From IMG/VR virus record IMGVR_UViG_3300032250_000289: 20,000 nucleotides of DNA. The stretch is one strand, 5' to 3'. Origin of the DNA: an uncultured virus (IMG/VR IMGVR_UViG_3300032250_000289) (taxonomy: Duplodnaviria > Heunggongvirae > Uroviricota > Caudoviricetes). Positions 1 through 8,483 of this stretch are shown piece after piece. The first letter of the stretch is position 1. Each line of letters opens with the position of its first letter. Position numbers and translations under genes: made by a program. The notes under the pieces are model-generated. The model was not told where the DNA came from and ran no database searches. It was given only the letters and a program-made list of their open reading frames with translations.

Positions 1-1236
1 TACTCCATTTATGATATAGGTAACAAGAGCATCATTTCCAAAACATCCCTCTGGTGGTGCTAGATCGCCATCGTAATAAGTATATGTTGGATCAGACTCA
101 CAAGCTGATCTACAGTCTGTTACGGGAGTGGCAGTTGTAGTTGTCGTTGTTGTAGTAGTGGGCGCGGGTGTCGTGGTTGTTGTTGTGGTTGTAGTGCTGG
201 TGGTACTAGTAGTAGTGCTGGTGGTACTAGTAGTAGTGCTGGTGGTGCTAGTAGTAGTGCTGGTGGTGCTAGTAGTAGTGCTGGTGGTACTTGTTGTGCT
301 TGTTGTGCTGGTGGTGGTACTGGTGGTGGTACTGGTGGTGGTGCTAGTTGTGCTGGTCGTGCTAGTGGTTGTGCTGGTCGTACTAGTCGTAGTAGTGGTA
401 GTTGGAACGGGTGTAGTAACCGTAGTTGTTGTGGTTGTTGTAGTTGTGGTGGGCGTAATATCAATAACACACACATTATCAATAGCTGGACCAAAAGAAC
501 CACTTGATAAACTATGGAATGCAATCCGCGTTGTGGTATTTGTAGCAATAAATGTGAATGTTTTGGTTTGCCAATTCATTGATTCGTATGTACCATAAGT
601 TGTTCCAGTAGAATCAAAATTATACATTTCGGTATACAATAATGTGTACTCAGGAACTCTAAATATAGAAACTTGAGCGAGTTTAACACCAAGATTACTA
701 GCATTATTGGCTGAATAATTAAAACTAACTTGGTAAGTTCTTCCTATGACCGTTGAAAAATCTTGACTTATAACACCAGCAGTTGTAGAATTTAAATCGA
801 CAAACCTTTTTCGTGGTTGTGAAGGATTGGTATATGATAATGAGTGTATATCTATATTACCTCCTGTCCAATCTGTAGCATTTCCGCCTCCACCGGAACT
901 GCCTTCAGCACCTAATTCAAAATCACCATTAAGAATTAGATTTCCAACACAAACATTTGACGGAGCGGTTGTAGTTGTGGTTGTAGTGGTAGTTGTTGGA
1001 ATACAATTAACAATACTAACAGAATAAGATCGCGTTAATGGTGGGAATCTTTTAGAAAAATCTTCAACCGCTATAATAATAGAGTAGTTATTTTTCACTC
1101 TACTATCTAAAACAATATCATCTTTAAAATATAACTCATTATTTCTAATTGTAAACGAACTTCTATCATTGCCATAAATATTAATAACATATGGGCCACA
1201 AGCATCATTGGATATATTTAAGTCTGCAAGTTTCAT
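1..1236 (-). CDS. Partial (3' end beyond window) virion/adhesin-like protein: cadherin-like N-terminal segment, Thr linker, DUF642/choice-of-anchor-C-like beta-sandwich, long Thr/Ser mucin-like tract
   Basis: Absent from the ORF track because it has no stop in the window. Manual translation from ATG at 1236: MKLADLNISNDACGPYVINIYGNDRSSFTIRNNELYFKD...NYSIIIAVED...TTTTTAPSNVCVGNLILNGDFE...FVDLNSTTAGVISQDFSTVIGRTYQVSFNYSAN...MNWQTKTFTFIATNTTTRIAFHS...FGPAIDNVCV...poly-T/S...; frame stays open to base 1; in-frame TAA upstream at 1255-1257. Confidence 0.8.
   Translation of the reverse strand, partial: MKLADLNISNDACGPYVINIYGNDRSSFTIRNNELYFKDDIVLDSRVKNNYSIIIAVEDFSKRFPPLTRSYSVSIVNCIPTTTTTTTTTTAPSNVCVGNLILNGDFELGAEGSSGGGGNATDWTGGNIDIHSLSYTNPSQPRKRFVDLNSTTAGVISQDFSTVIGRTYQVSFNYSANNASNLGVKLAQVSIFRVPEYTLLYTEMYNFDSTGTTYGTYESMNWQTKTFTFIATNTTTRIAFHSLSSGSFGPAIDNVCVIDITPTTTTTTTTTTVTTPVPTTTTTTSTTSTTTSTTSTTSTTTSTTTSTTTSTTSTTSTTSTTTSTTSTTTSTTSTTTSTTSTTTSTTSTTTTTTTTTPAPTTTTTTTTTATPVTDCRSACESDPTYTYYDGDLAPPEGCFGNDALVTYIINGV
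125..455 (-). repeat. Low-complexity Thr/Ser coding tract, including a 21-bp tandem repeat (GTAGTAGTGCTGGTGGTRCTA, about 4-5 copies at ~191-290) encoding STTSTTT
   Basis: Direct reading of the repeat; minus-strand codons are ACN/AGY. Confidence 0.9.
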
Positions 1237-1238
1237 AA

Positions 1239-1397
1239 TTATGGATATGAGGCGTTAACATCTGGGATCACTATAACTGAAAAATCTTCATCATCATTAA
1301 CAACCGGCGGCGGCGTGGTTGTTGATGTAGTGGTATATACTTTGTATACCTTATCTGTGGGTGGAATTACTTTACAGTTCGCATATGGCTGTCCCAT
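1239..1397 (-). CDS. Small hypothetical protein, 52 aa (MGQPYANCKVIPPTDKVYKVYTTTSTTTPPPVVNDDEDFSVIVIPDVNASYP)
   Basis: ATG at 1397 with AGGA upstream, TAA at 1239-1241; fills the gap between two co-oriented genes; below the ORF-track size cutoff. Confidence 0.65.
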   Translation of the reverse strand: MGQPYANCKVIPPTDKVYKVYTTTSTTTPPPVVNDDEDFSVIVIPDVNASYP

Positions 1398-1409
1398 AAT
1401 TTATCCTAA

Positions 1410-4400
1410 CTAACAGGGACTATTTCCAACCCATATTGGCCTATATTCATTATTTATTCTAATAGCCACAACATATGTGCCGTATGGAATATTAAGTATG
1501 GTGTCTCTATTATATAGTACAACACTTCCAGAATCAGACCAATTACCGCCCTTCGTAATCAAAATGCCCGTCGTTGGGTGTGAACCAGCGCTAGGTGGTC
1601 GAATTTCATTAGATGTATAACCTTCTACAAATAAACTATTTATTGAATTTTCTAGATTGGTAATCTTGGAACCTTGTGAATTAACATCATCTAAAAATGA
1701 AGCCGAGTATAAAGAAGTGTTATCTCTAAATCTAATGTCACCCAACAACTTGAAGTCACCTTTTAGTTCGGCATAAGGTCTTGGAGAAATTGGCTGTTGA
1801 TAGACTGGGGTTATTGTTGGGCTAGCAACATTACTTTTCAGTAGAAGTAGATCATTAGAAGAATTACCACTAAATTTAAACGTTAATGTATTATCTGGAT
1901 AATCTGACCCACTCTTGTCAACAACTTCAATAGTATTGGCTTGTAGTGATAAGCTGTCAGTATTGGTTGAGTCTTTAATAACTAGCTTACCACCACTTGG
2001 CATAATTAACTGTTTGTCGCTCTGTGTTGGACCAGTAATACCATGTAATAATACTAGACTACTATTATTAGAACCTAGTAAGAAGTTATAGTTGCTATTT
2101 AAATTATTTCCAAGACCATTAGCACCGATAACTATATTAAAACTAGCAGAGCCAGATGTATTATTGTAGATATCATGACCAAACACAGTATTATTGAAAC
2201 CAGTAGTTAAACTATTAGCAGAAGTTGCTCCAAAAATAGTATTGTGATATCCAGTAGTAATTCCAGTAGCTAAAGTTGATCCAAAAATAGTATTTTTATA
2301 GCCAGTAGTGATAGAGTATAAAGATTTATATCCAACAACAGTATTATTACTTCCAATAGTACCAAGCCGACCGCTTGGGCATAAATATCCACCATATGTA
2401 TTGAATTGGTTATCTGTAAATAGTGCCCTAGCATCAACATTGTTGTGTTTATTGATAACTAAATCATGCTGGTTGCCACTACCATCAAGGAAATAGATTG
2501 ATTGTCCTTGATTAAAAGAAATATTTGGTTTAACAAATAACTTACCGTATTGAGCGGTTGCTGATGGAGAAGTGCTATGCTCATACATGCTAACTGCGGT
2601 ATTTTGATAGCCACTACTACCTATAGTAATCATTGCGTTTGGCGTTGGATTTCCAGATGGAAACATTGACATAAAACCGGTTTCGTGCAACCGCATAAAA
2701 ACGCGCTTACCAGAATCTTTATATAGACTCAGATCACCCTGTGCAGTAAAATCTGAATACTCAAGCTCTAAAGCATTTTGTAAGCAATTATTGCCACCAA
2801 CTAACTGTAGAGAAGCTTTTGTGTTAGCAAAATTTTCAGTTGATAATCTAGCGATAGCATTGCCAGTTGTGCGAATATTGAATATTGTTTTTGGAAGAAT
2901 ATCTTCAACGCCGGGAGACAGTGTTGATAAACCAAAAACCCCCTCATTATTATTTTTCATCAATGTGATAGCATTCAACATCGATGATGTATTATCATAA
3001 GATCCAATAACAAATCTATCAGTTAAAGAACCAATAACATTTAGGTTAGAGTCATCAATATATCTTAATTCAAAGCCACTAAGTTTATCTTTATTATAAT
3101 TGTCAGCATCTCTGGTTCTTCTTTTTGTGTTTGTCAAAAATCGCTGACCGATGGTTACTCCAGATTCTGGAGCAGAAATAGCAACAAAATAATTCGATAT
3201 ATCGCCAGAGTTTGCTAAGAAGTTTACGTTGCTAATTCCAGCTAAATGTCCACTTGTGCTATATAAGTCAGATGTTAGTAAATTTTCTCTAGACACATAC
3301 AGTCTATTATCATTTCTAACGAATAGTCCATAGCATCCAGAATTACTTGTGATACTTAAGTCTTTTGTTGTGATAATTTTGTTAGTTCGAAGATGTGTGC
3401 CATTATCAAGATTTAAACTAATATTACTATTCCATGAGGCTTGAGCGTAAACATTGGTTGTTGAAACACAGTCTTGACTTACTGGTGGTAGAAATGTAAA
3501 CTTATAATCTCGTTGATAGCCCACTCCGCTAGATTTGATAACGACACCAGCATTTATCAAGTCACCATCGCTCATGAAACCATATGGTGGTTCTATAACA
3601 TTACTAACATTTTGATAGTCTAATAATCCGTATGGGCCACCACCATCTATAATATCTACTTCTCCGCTAGCACCTAAGAAAAGTGTTTTTGCTGAGTATT
3701 CATTATTGGTAACTGCTTGATACTTATTTATTCTGGCTATGCCGCTAACATACAAATTCTCAAAATAACCTCCACGCCATCTAGTTGATGTTAATCCTAA
3801 ATCATAACTATTATGTTTTGCTGGTAATAAATTTCCAGAAACAAATATTGAACTATCATTACTAGATAGATTAACACCACCAGAGAAATTTATGCTATCA
3901 GCTAGATATAATTTTGACCAATAATATGAAGATGAGCCTAAATTGTATAGATTTCCACTTGAGGGCGAAGTGTGTCCACCAACTTGTAAAGCTCCGTCAT
4001 TATGAAGGGAGTTAGTATTAATACCAACTTGACCAAGTTCAAAGTCGCCATAGATTAGCGTGGTTAAACCGGAGCCAAGAGGATTGGCGCACACATACTC
4101 TTCATCAACAAAGTGAGAAGCAATAAATAATTTATTATTGGTATGTCTATTTGCAAAATAACCAGCAGCATGTCCAATAGCAACGTTGCCACTACCAACC
4201 TTGTTATGATTTAAGGAGTAGTTTCCTAATCCAACATTGGCGAAACCAACAGTATTACCGCCAAGAGCATTATAGCCGATACCAACATTGTTCTCTCCAT
4301 ATACATTACAGCTTAGTGATTTAGAACCAACTGATGTGTTTTGTTTGCCAGTATAGTTTGATCTTAAAGCATAATAACCGAAAGCTGAGTTATCTGTGCT

Positions 4401-4634
4401 AACATACCCATTCAAGCCAAGATTTTCTAAAGTGGATTCACCAGCTTTAGTAGTTCTTGTTGATGGTGTGCCAAAATTTAAACCAGTAAGATTTTGGTTA
4501 ACTGTTAATAGATGTACAGAATCTATAATATCTAATAGATTATGTCTTACATCATTGGGGGAAATATTGGCTGTAGCATTATCAGCTAACTCGCTAACTA
4601 TATTGTTAACGAGTTGTAATTTACCTACAATCAT
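1410..4634 (-). CDS. Large tail-fibre/spike-like virion protein, 1074 aa, with two blocks of 17-aa beta-solenoid repeats
   Basis: NTxxG 17-aa repeats (NTSVGSKSLSCNVYGEN-NVGIG; NTIFGSTLATGITTGYH-NTIFG); fibre-type motifs PSSGNLYNLGSSSYYW and PAKHNSYDLGLTSTRW; Gly/Ser/Asn/Thr-rich; downstream of head genes. Confidence 0.7.
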   Translation of the reverse strand: MIVGKLQLVNNIVSELADNATANISPNDVRHNLLDIIDSVHLLTVNQNLTGLNFGTPSTRTTKAGESTLENLGLNGYVSTDNSAFGYYALRSNYTGKQNTSVGSKSLSCNVYGENNVGIGYNALGGNTVGFANVGLGNYSLNHNKVGSGNVAIGHAAGYFANRHTNNKLFIASHFVDEEYVCANPLGSGLTTLIYGDFELGQVGINTNSLHNDGALQVGGHTSPSSGNLYNLGSSSYYWSKLYLADSINFSGGVNLSSNDSSIFVSGNLLPAKHNSYDLGLTSTRWRGGYFENLYVSGIARINKYQAVTNNEYSAKTLFLGASGEVDIIDGGGPYGLLDYQNVSNVIEPPYGFMSDGDLINAGVVIKSSGVGYQRDYKFTFLPPVSQDCVSTTNVYAQASWNSNISLNLDNGTHLRTNKIITTKDLSITSNSGCYGLFVRNDNRLYVSRENLLTSDLYSTSGHLAGISNVNFLANSGDISNYFVAISAPESGVTIGQRFLTNTKRRTRDADNYNKDKLSGFELRYIDDSNLNVIGSLTDRFVIGSYDNTSSMLNAITLMKNNNEGVFGLSTLSPGVEDILPKTIFNIRTTGNAIARLSTENFANTKASLQLVGGNNCLQNALELEYSDFTAQGDLSLYKDSGKRVFMRLHETGFMSMFPSGNPTPNAMITIGSSGYQNTAVSMYEHSTSPSATAQYGKLFVKPNISFNQGQSIYFLDGSGNQHDLVINKHNNVDARALFTDNQFNTYGGYLCPSGRLGTIGSNNTVVGYKSLYSITTGYKNTIFGSTLATGITTGYHNTIFGATSANSLTTGFNNTVFGHDIYNNTSGSASFNIVIGANGLGNNLNSNYNFLLGSNNSSLVLLHGITGPTQSDKQLIMPSGGKLVIKDSTNTDSLSLQANTIEVVDKSGSDYPDNTLTFKFSGNSSNDLLLLKSNVASPTITPVYQQPISPRPYAELKGDFKLLGDIRFRDNTSLYSASFLDDVNSQGSKITNLENSINSLFVEGYTSNEIRPPSAGSHPTTGILITKGGNWSDSGSVVLYNRDTILNIPYGTYVVAIRINNEYRPIWVGNSPC

Positions 4635-4646
4635 TTTTCAGCTTTC

Positions 4647-5342
4647 TTAATTGAGGCTGATTTCTAATGAGTTAGAGTCAAATTTAATATTATCGCCCGT
4701 ATATACATAGCGGGGGTTATCAAGTTTTGCATACATTAGAAGGTTGCCAGAGGCGTAATTTGATGTATCTACTACTGCTATTCCAGAAACCCATCCCCAA
4801 TCGGTTAAAGCTGTTGGAAATACAATTTGATTTGAATTTTTAATAAATCCATTTCCTTCATAGGTTGTATAACCGGGATTAGTAGCCATGCCAGACTGCT
4901 GTAGGCTTAGTGGAGCATAGAATACAACGCTAGGATGCTCTACGAACCTGTAAGACTGCGCTAAAGTATTAGGGTCTGCACTTTTAGCTGTATCAATATT
5001 TAAATATAATGGATAATAGTATCCCTTTAAACCAACTGTAATTCCAGTAGCGCTAGTACCAGATACTGTATATACTGTTGTGTTATCAACACCAACGTTA
5101 TTCCACGTTATATTGCCAACGCTTGATGGATTTCCTAGATTAATTCTAGAGTAGTTTGTTGTAACGAAGTTTGCACCTCTAGAAACACCAGAAGCTAATT
5201 CTGGAATAGTTGATCCAGTGTCTGATTCAATTGGTACACCGCTAGTTAAAGCAATGGCAATTTGAGTCGGTTTTGCAAACGATGTTCCCTTGAAAATGTG
5301 AGTCAAAAGACCAGACTCTAAATAATCAGATAATGCGGCCAT
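4647..5342 (-). CDS. Phage virion protein of the widespread small tail-fibre-associated family, with an internal insertion
   Basis: N-terminus MAALSDYLE...IAIALT and C-terminus IVFPTALTDWGWVSGIAVVD...GNLLMYAKLDNPRYVYTGDNIKF match that family from recall; AGGAG RBS. Confidence 0.7.
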   Translation of the reverse strand: MAALSDYLESGLLTHIFKGTSFAKPTQIAIALTSGVPIESDTGSTIPELASGVSRGANFVTTNYSRINLGNPSSVGNITWNNVGVDNTTVYTVSGTSATGITVGLKGYYYPLYLNIDTAKSADPNTLAQSYRFVEHPSVVFYAPLSLQQSGMATNPGYTTYEGNGFIKNSNQIVFPTALTDWGWVSGIAVVDTSNYASGNLLMYAKLDNPRYVYTGDNIKFDSNSLEISLN

Positions 5343-5386
5343 ATTTTTCTCCTAAAAGAGTCCTAAAAACTTATGATCTATTGTTA

Positions 5387-5393
5387 TATACAC
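5387..5393 (-). promoter_or_regulatory. Candidate late-promoter motif GTGTATA upstream of the 5342 gene
   Basis: GTGTATATAAC on the minus strand 44 nt upstream of the ATG, directly after the capsid terminator U-tract; recurs at 8461, 10616 and 18084. Confidence 0.55.
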
Positions 5394-5428
5394 AAAAAAA
5401 GCCACCCCCAAGCAAATGAGGGCGGCTT
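5394..5428 (-). terminator. Rho-independent terminator after the major capsid gene
   Basis: Minus strand AAGCCGCCCTCA-tttgct-TGGGGGTGGC-TTTTTTT: GC-rich stem with G:U pairs followed by a U7 tract. Confidence 0.85.
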
Positions 5429-5459
5429 AATTGTTAACCTATACTATTAGTATTATAGA

Positions 5460-6467
5460 TTAGAATGAGCCAAGAATGACTCTTCGGTTATCTAGAACAC
5501 CAAAGCCAAGTTCAGCAAAACCATAGTAACCGGCGCGCTGCTGACGGTGTAGAGTGGGATCTTCAAACACCTGTAGCTGCTCCTTAACTGGCATAACGAA
5601 ACTATCGCTATTAGCTTGGTCAAGACCAACTACTAGCTCAAGATCGCTACTCTGAACTGCGCCACCAAGATCAGTGGTGAAGAAGTTCTGATATTCCTGA
5701 CCTTCGCCTAGTTCATCTAGGTCATGAAGATTAACACCGAAGATTCTGGCGATTGAAGCGCCACCGTCTGCGGAGTTGTAGATTTCTCTACGTGTTACAT
5801 CATCAATCTGGTCAAGACCCCAACTACGAACGTCTTCAAGAGCTTCTGGGCTAACATAAAGATCGGTTAGGCTACCACGACCAACTGATGCTGAGTTACC
5901 ACCGCTATTGCGGCGCATAACTGTCTTCATAAGAGAAACTAGTCTCTTTGAGAATAGACCAGATGTTGCGTCAGCATCGAACACTAGAATGTTACGATCA
6001 ACGCCAGCGGCTAGAAGTGTGTGCCAGCCGTCATCATTCATCTTCTTTGTGAAACCAGCTTCCATAACCTGTAGGGCACGACCAACAATGTCCCATCGTG
6101 CTTCGCGGGCATAGCGAAGAAGATAGTCAACTGAAGATGTGATACTATAGGTTGGGATCATTACGTAATCGCCTTCAACACTTCTCTCTGGCACTCTACC
6201 GTGACCGGGATTGGTGTAAGCGACATGCTCACCTTCAAGGCCGGGGGAGATAAGGTCAAGAGGGAACTCTGTTGTTGAGCCGGATTCAACATTGATAACT
6301 TCGAAGATGTTACCAAGGATGTTACCGACCAAGACACCCTTACGTAAGGGTAGTTCTAAAGCCTTTGCAAACTCTCTCTGAGCGGCAGCGGCTACATTGA
6401 TATCGGAATCCCCTGACTTGCGTAGGAGGCCGATAAATTCATCACTAGGTCTTTTGTTTACGGGCAT
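5460..6467 (-). CDS. Major capsid protein (HK97-fold expected), 335 aa
   Basis: Order terminase-portal-protease-decoration-this gene; size; strong AGGAG RBS; followed by a terminator; C-terminal QVFEDPTLHRQQRAGYYGFAELGFGVLDNRRV pattern typical of capsid proteins. Confidence 0.85.
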   Translation of the reverse strand: MPVNKRPSDEFIGLLRKSGDSDINVAAAAQREFAKALELPLRKGVLVGNILGNIFEVINVESGSTTEFPLDLISPGLEGEHVAYTNPGHGRVPERSVEGDYVMIPTYSITSSVDYLLRYAREARWDIVGRALQVMEAGFTKKMNDDGWHTLLAAGVDRNILVFDADATSGLFSKRLVSLMKTVMRRNSGGNSASVGRGSLTDLYVSPEALEDVRSWGLDQIDDVTRREIYNSADGGASIARIFGVNLHDLDELGEGQEYQNFFTTDLGGAVQSSDLELVVGLDQANSDSFVMPVKEQLQVFEDPTLHRQQRAGYYGFAELGFGVLDNRRVILGSF

Positions 6468-6498
6468 GTTTAATTCTCCTTATATTTTTCTATTTAGA

Positions 6499-6966
6499 TT
6501 AGGGAAGGTTGACTTCGACTTTGGCATAACCGTCTTCGTCCTTACTAGTAAGGAATCGACCAACCATTAGTGTGCCAGAACTGCCGGGGCTATCGGGACG
6601 AATGTTACCGGCTGTTACGTGACAAGCAAAGGCTGGGTCACCAGCGACGGGTGTGCCAGTGAGAAGGTTAGTTACAACATAACCCTTGCGGAGTACTGTA
6701 ACTTTGCCACCCTTCTGTACTTCATCCTTATGCTGATTAAGGTGAGTACGGGTTAAATCCTTATTTACTACGTCGTTAAGTAGGATACCTACTGGGCGAC
6801 TTGCTGCTGTTACAGCGGCATATGTAACAAGGTTAACACCCTGATCCATAGCTGCGCCAGAACCGGCAGTACCGTGAACAACGACACCACCGCGTGAAGC
6901 AGTGCCAGCATTGTAAAAGAAACTGATATCGGTCTGGAATTCGTATCTATCTGATTTTAGGGCCAT
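6499..6966 (-). CDS. Head decoration/capsid cement protein, 155 aa
   Basis: Between scaffold and capsid genes; Gly/Ala/Val-rich with PVGILLNDV, GGKVTVLRKGYVVTN and VGRFLTSKDEDGYAKVEVNL; AGGAG RBS. Confidence 0.7.
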   Translation of the reverse strand: MALKSDRYEFQTDISFFYNAGTASRGGVVVHGTAGSGAAMDQGVNLVTYAAVTAASRPVGILLNDVVNKDLTRTHLNQHKDEVQKGGKVTVLRKGYVVTNLLTGTPVAGDPAFACHVTAGNIRPDSPGSSGTLMVGRFLTSKDEDGYAKVEVNLP

Positions 6967-6988
6967 AATTTTTTCTCCTATTTTGAAA

Positions 6989-8437
6989 TCATTTACGTAA
7001 AACGTTTTCTGTTAGCCACTCTGCTACACTAGCTCTCGTAGCTTCCAATTCATCTACTACATCAGAAGCGTCTACGAGAGTGGCTTCTGTTGATTTTACA
7101 TCTTTGAAGAGTTCTTCTGATACTTCTTCAGTTTCAGAAGCAACTACTTCAGCCTTGGGATTTTTGCTTTCATTTTTTTCGTCTTTGACAAGACTTTCTT
7201 TCATTTCGTAATTACCGCCCTTATCCTTCATTTTAGCCATCTTCTTTTTATACATTGCTAAGACAGCTTCGAAAGCGGCATCATCTAGACTATCATAAAG
7301 AGAAAGTGATTCTTCTGCTTCTGCTTCATCAAAACCGCTCTTGACCATTTCAGTCTTGCGATTCATATCTTTTTCTTTCTTCTTCATCATCTTGAATTTA
7401 TCATTCATTTCAGCTAGTTCTTTATCCTTGAGTGATAAAGCTTCTTCTAGACTAGCAACTCTAGCTTCAAAAGCAGAGAGTGCTGATTCCTTTTCGGCAA
7501 TTGTATTTTCTAAATCTGAAAGCTTTGATGCATAATCAATAGTTTCAGCTTCTGTGATTACTGGTGTTTCAACTACTTCGGTTGAAGCTACATTTTCTGT
7601 TTGAGCATCAACTAGCTGCTCCTCTACCAAATTGGTTACTGAATCTGCCATATTAAAATCTCCTTTAGAAACATTTGAAATAGTATACTGTTCATTTATA
7701 GAGAAAGCTCTGCTAGAATCAAGAATAATACTTCGTGGATTAGCTGGTTTAGAAACTAAACCCTTACCAGAAAATGAAATATCTCTTAATGATCTACCAA
7801 TTTTATAGCCTTCGTATTCTCCCGTACCACCGTAAGCTCTTAAATGTTTTGTTAAGAATGATGATTCTTCATTTCTAGCTATAACCCTTGAGCCTCCAGA
7901 TTGATCTATAACTGCATAATCAAATCCGGCGAATAAGCATTCCATAGAAACGAACCATTGGCCTTGTTCAATTTCTGCAATGATCTTATTCATTCTTTCT
8001 CTATTGTCTGGATTTGTCCAACTATTATATAGAACGGCTTCTGTAATAATATCGAACTCGCTGGGCGCATCTGTTGAATCAGCAATTATTTTATTGCCTT
8101 CTCTATCAACAACATAGCTGCCAGTGATATGTCCAATGATATCGTTTTCATTGTGCATAAAATTGAATTGTTTATCTTCTGGTGTATTTCTAGCAGCCCA
8201 AGTCTGCTGATTATTAAATACATCGTCATTTTTATTCCAGCCAGTGGAAACTAACACAGATTTTAAATAATATAGATCAACTTGATTAGGATTGCTAGAA
8301 GCTCTAATTTTGTCAATAATATTTGGACGATTATACTGGCCATTGCTTAGTACTGCCTGTGAGCAATAAGCGATGGAACCCTGAGCCTTAATTTGCTCAG
8401 ATAATCCGTCTAATACTTCTTGATTATATATTTTCAT
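6989..8437 (-). CDS. Prohead maturation protease fused to a coiled-coil scaffold domain, 482 aa
   Basis: Motifs NKNDDVF, FNFMHNENDIIGHI (His), VSMECLF (Ser), FSGKGLVSKPANPRSII; acidic/Lys-rich coiled-coil C-terminal half; lies between portal and capsid. Confidence 0.8.
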   Translation of the reverse strand: MKIYNQEVLDGLSEQIKAQGSIAYCSQAVLSNGQYNRPNIIDKIRASSNPNQVDLYYLKSVLVSTGWNKNDDVFNNQQTWAARNTPEDKQFNFMHNENDIIGHITGSYVVDREGNKIIADSTDAPSEFDIITEAVLYNSWTNPDNRERMNKIIAEIEQGQWFVSMECLFAGFDYAVIDQSGGSRVIARNEESSFLTKHLRAYGGTGEYEGYKIGRSLRDISFSGKGLVSKPANPRSIILDSSRAFSINEQYTISNVSKGDFNMADSVTNLVEEQLVDAQTENVASTEVVETPVITEAETIDYASKLSDLENTIAEKESALSAFEARVASLEEALSLKDKELAEMNDKFKMMKKKEKDMNRKTEMVKSGFDEAEAEESLSLYDSLDDAAFEAVLAMYKKKMAKMKDKGGNYEMKESLVKDEKNESKNPKAEVVASETEEVSEELFKDVKSTEATLVDASDVVDELEATRASVAEWLTENVLRK

Positions 8438-8460
8438 TATGTGTTACCTTTCAAAATTAG

Positions 8461-8467
8461 TATACAC
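8461..8467 (-). promoter_or_regulatory. Candidate late-promoter motif GTGTATA upstream of the protease/scaffold gene
   Basis: GTGTATACTAA in the 46-bp intergenic gap, 23 nt upstream of ATG 8437. Confidence 0.55.
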
Positions 8468-8483
8468 TAAAACTATTAAAAGG

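Noticed and set aside
191..290. 21-bp tandem repeat as a possible CRISPR array
   Set aside because: Contiguous units with no unique spacers; in-frame coding repeat; no cas genes
120..548. 142-aa Pro/Gln/Leu-rich minus-strand ORF in the track
   Set aside because: Alternative frame of the same low-complexity repeat; the Thr/Ser frame is continuous with recognisable domains
128..598. 156-aa poly-Val ORF on the + strand (also 827-1027)
   Set aside because: Antisense shadow of the Thr codons (ACN read as GTN) of the real minus-strand gene 1-1236
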